From contig OZ316775.1 in the NCBI GenBank assembly GCA_973851085.1, forward strand, positions 1-64,000: DNA of 64,000 nucleotides. The letters are read 5' to 3'. This DNA comes from Ptychomitrium polyphyllum. Lineage: Eukaryota. The notes under the pieces were generated by a model, which made no database searches, was not told where the DNA came from, and saw only the letters and a list, made by a program, of their open reading frames with translations. The position numbers were made by a program, and so were the translations under genes. Shown here one piece after another: positions 60,495-64,000 of this stretch (within the stretch, counting starts at the first letter, position 1; the number at the start of each line of letters is the position of its first letter).

Positions 60495-63400
60495 ACTGAG
60501 AAAATCATGCCTGTAAGACCAATACCATACCATCTTTCTTATTAGTCAGTTACACTTACTCTTTCAATTACCTTTGGGTAGTACCTGCCAGGGTGCAGCT
60601 TGTACCTGAAAATATCTAAATGAAATCGATCCTAACCGAAGGGCATATCGAGCTCATATCGATGCTTCTTTAAATTTATTCTTTTGATGTTTTTGGTGGT
60701 CCTTGATTCGGAAATTTGTTCATTTCCTGCAGGTGATTGAGTGCGTAGGAAGTTATGTGAGTGACATATCCCGGGCCCTCGCCTATTCATTGATGACAAA
60801 GCTGACATGAAATATCGCCGATGGTCGGCACATAGTTAGTACCTCATAAGCTGCATTAGGCCAGAGTGGGTTCATTTGTATCATGAACAGTGGACTTGCG
60901 AGGTCAGGGAATGTGTCATTTTATTGAAGCGATACCATGGCGGCGTGTTTTCGAATAGTGATGTGAGGTGGGGGATGTCGTAGCCCTAGTAGAACTAGCT
61001 ACTTTTGGCTGGGTGTCACCGTGTCATCAAACTTTGATATGTCTGAGTTGGTAACGATATGGGGTGCGGACTTCGATGGTTTACTGTGAGCAAGAAGACT
61101 TGATTAGGAGTGATCTGAAAGAGGATCCTTCGTCTTAGTCGCAGATCTAGAACAAAGGTTTTAGCAGTTATGTGTGACTGTTTCATTTATATGATTTAGC
61201 GTGATTGAGAGGGATATGAGAAGCTGTATCATTTTGCAAGCAGGAATCTCAGCCTCGTTACTCTGCAGAATGTCAGAAATTAAATTTTTTCTGTTGTCAT
61301 TGTGTTGTGCTCTTCAATTCTCCGCAACAAGCCCACCTTTGTGTGCCAGACGCTCAGCAGTTGGCCACAGCAGAAGGTACTGGTAGCATTCGCATCGGAA
61401 ATGATTTATATTTGCCTGAGTTTCTCAGATTCTTTACATGCTTGACACTGTCCTTTATAATTTGCTATTTTTAAGTGATGCAGGTGGGAAGCTTGCTGAC
61501 CAAGAATTGCCATGAAGGAAATTGGCAAGAATTGTCAAATAGACCAAGTGATGAAGCTAATCAAACTCTCAGAAAATAAAGGGACAGCTAGATATTTCAA
61601 ACTCATTAACTTACTGTATACATGCATGTCAGCTTGTCAGGCTGAATTCCTTTCCTCACCTTTTTCCCGATTTTCCGAAAGAAACATTTTATTGGCATGT
61701 ACTGTAAGTCAGGATCACCCATAAGAAACACATTAGCCGTCGACTAGTACCATAGATTCTCCAAATTTGCTTTGGCTACATTTAGCAAATATTCTGGAGT
61801 CACTTCACGGACGGATTTAAGAGTGGTATCGTAGAGCCCTCCCAATCGGACTCCAGGTCAATAATAATCTGATGCAAGAGCCATTTTACTGCAGCAAATC
61901 ATGTTCTAATTCGAAATTGCCTAAGTTCAAGGTTTAGTAGTAGCATATTTTTGTACTGGAATAAAAGATTGGTAAAGTGGAACTCAATCAGCAACGTGAA
62001 ACTTGGATGTTAGACAGTGGACACAATGAGAACGGTGGAGTTATTTGAGGATTTCCTTCATGGCGATACTTGATCAGCAATACTTGAATGTTAGATAGTA
62101 GACACAATGAAAATACACTACCCATCACATATTTCAATGGTCTGTTGAATTGCTCCGCGCCCAAATTTGCTAAGAATGACCGGTTGTTAGAAGTCCTTTA
62201 CAGATGATCAATCTCAATAAAGCAGCTGTTCGTGGTTGTAATGTGAGTGGGTATCTGGATAAGGTAACCACCGACGTGTTAGAGTTCAGATGAGTAGGCT
62301 TCTCTGCGATAATATTGTGATTTGAGTAACCTCCAACATTAGTTGATTAATTGCTCTGGAGCTATTTGAGGATTCTCTAGAAATTTCCTCAGTGAGCAGG
62401 TCAAGTTGTTGAAACATGAGACTGGAGTTTTGCAAACAATGGGTATAGTCACATGAACTAATTTGCAACACCTGAGTTGGTACCAACTGCAAATTGCAAG
62501 TTAATTTTGGAGTAATGCATGTTGTCATGAAACATGACTGAGGTTCATTCAACCTACTATGTGTTCCCCCAAAGATAGATAGGAATTTTTGTAGGTTTTC
62601 AGGCAAAACCGAGTGTATCGTAACATTTGCAACTGGTCACCCTTGAATCCAAGGACGTTGAGCTCTTTTATTCCTACTCATGTGATGTAGAACTGCACGA
62701 AGTACTGATTATAGCCTGATCATGTTAGCAAAGGGTGAGGTTCCCCCAATGCTAAAGAATGTTATGGTGGGAGGGCTGCAGCGATGGGCTTGTTGAGCTT
62801 GATGGACACAACTTGTTATGTAAGAATGTTGTGATTATCTCTAAGCCTGAATGAAGGAAATTTTGCAGGAAATTAAAAGTAGTATTATATATAGACACCA
62901 GGTTTTAGGGTCGATGAGACATTTTTGTATGTAAGACATACGAGCCGATCTAGAAGCTCATGTGCACGTAACTAACTCAGTGTTGCTAACAGCTTCATGA
63001 CATGCTGACAGTAGTGAGTGTCAGGAATGAACATGGCAGGTTGAGTTGAATGAAACATTTGAAATCTAGAACTCTTTTTGTTGAATAAGGGAGACCTATC
63101 CTAATTGTTGAGAGTACATTTTATCGGAATTAAAAAAAAAATTCCATGGCCATATATAGATAGAGTTAAAAACTACAATATTTCCAAGCCCTGCTTTCCT
63201 GCCTTAAGTGAATTGCATGGAACTCTATCTGTTTTATTCCGTAATTCCGACTAGTGGCTCTCAATAAGTTACTACTGTAAGCATGATAGTGACTTGCACA
63301 CCGAGCAGTATTTTTTTTGGATGCATACGCACAACAAAATAATGTCATATTTGAATTTGACACTAATTTGTTACAAGAATCTGAAGTTATGTTTTTACAC

Positions 63401-64000
63401 TTAGGAGATCATATCACTTCTACTTAATCTTATTTTCATTGATTTTTGATGTTGATAGGTTTTGTTTTAAATAGCGTTTTTAAATGCAATATCTAACTTT
63501 ACAATGTAGGAGTCAATACAAGTATGTGGAAAAAGTTGTGAACATCCAACAATACTATGGAAAAAAAATTGTGTGTATTTGAAATGTATTTTATAGACTT
63601 CAAGTGTGACTATTGAGATGTATTGATTTAGTAATAAATCAATGTCTTATCAACTTTTTTAAAATACCATTAATGAAGTTTGGAAATGTTATGTTCATAG
63701 GTGTTGAATAATATATGAGACTCATGAATCATATTTATATAAATACATAATTTACTAGGAAAATACAAATGTTACATAAATTGAACCTTTATTTTGTGTA
63801 TAAAATCCAGCTTATCTAATTCCTAATTAACATAATAAATTTGAAACTTACAAGATATTAATTTGTATAAAATAATGTATTTTCCAAAATATTTTTGAAA
63901 AAAACTATTATAACTTTTATATGAATATTTTCTATATTTATGTGTATGTGTGATTAGGATATTTGGTTTAAAACATCATTGTATATACATGACCTACAAT

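Noticed and set aside
61500..62720. Possible decayed coding fragments on the minus strand
   Set aside because: Short, interrupted frames that cannot be assigned to any family without a search.

Overview
Eukaryotic land-plant genomic DNA, probably a moss/bryophyte judging from gene content, GT-AG introns, AT-rich intergenic DNA and plant TTTAGGG repeats. The window has two compartments. (A) 1-22.8 kb is a subtelomere-like array. The same fixed terminus (GGACGCTCTTGTAA, degenerate in the two right-most copies) is joined to (CCCTAAA)n six times, and the copies are variably truncated on their left: about 5 kb, 275 bp, 14 bp, 540 bp and 40 bp, plus one copy of at least 5 kb that runs on toward the window start. 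The GC-rich part (1-16.8 kb) carries intronless ORFs: a coiled-coil protein, a telobox-type Myb (TRF-like) protein, and an unknown 517-aa protein present twice in a near-identical 5,071-bp head-to-tail duplication. It also holds minisatellites, a decayed Ty3/gypsy RNase H fragment, and a stem-loop with a compensatory base change near the terminus. A chimeric block of intron-containing GCN1/ILITYHIA and BEACH-protein gene fragments is trapped between two terminus modules. This architecture resembles telomere-attaching elements (HeT-A/TART, endonuclease-less Penelope-like/Terminon arrays, yeast Y'), but no reverse transcriptase is visible in the window. (B) 25-64 kb holds ordinary multi-exon plant genes: CYP37, a GDAP2-like gene, GDPD4, PI-PLC, a canopy/DUF3456 gene, a CASP-like gene and a SAUR. 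All family assignments come from remembered motifs, not database searches, and exon boundaries are approximate.
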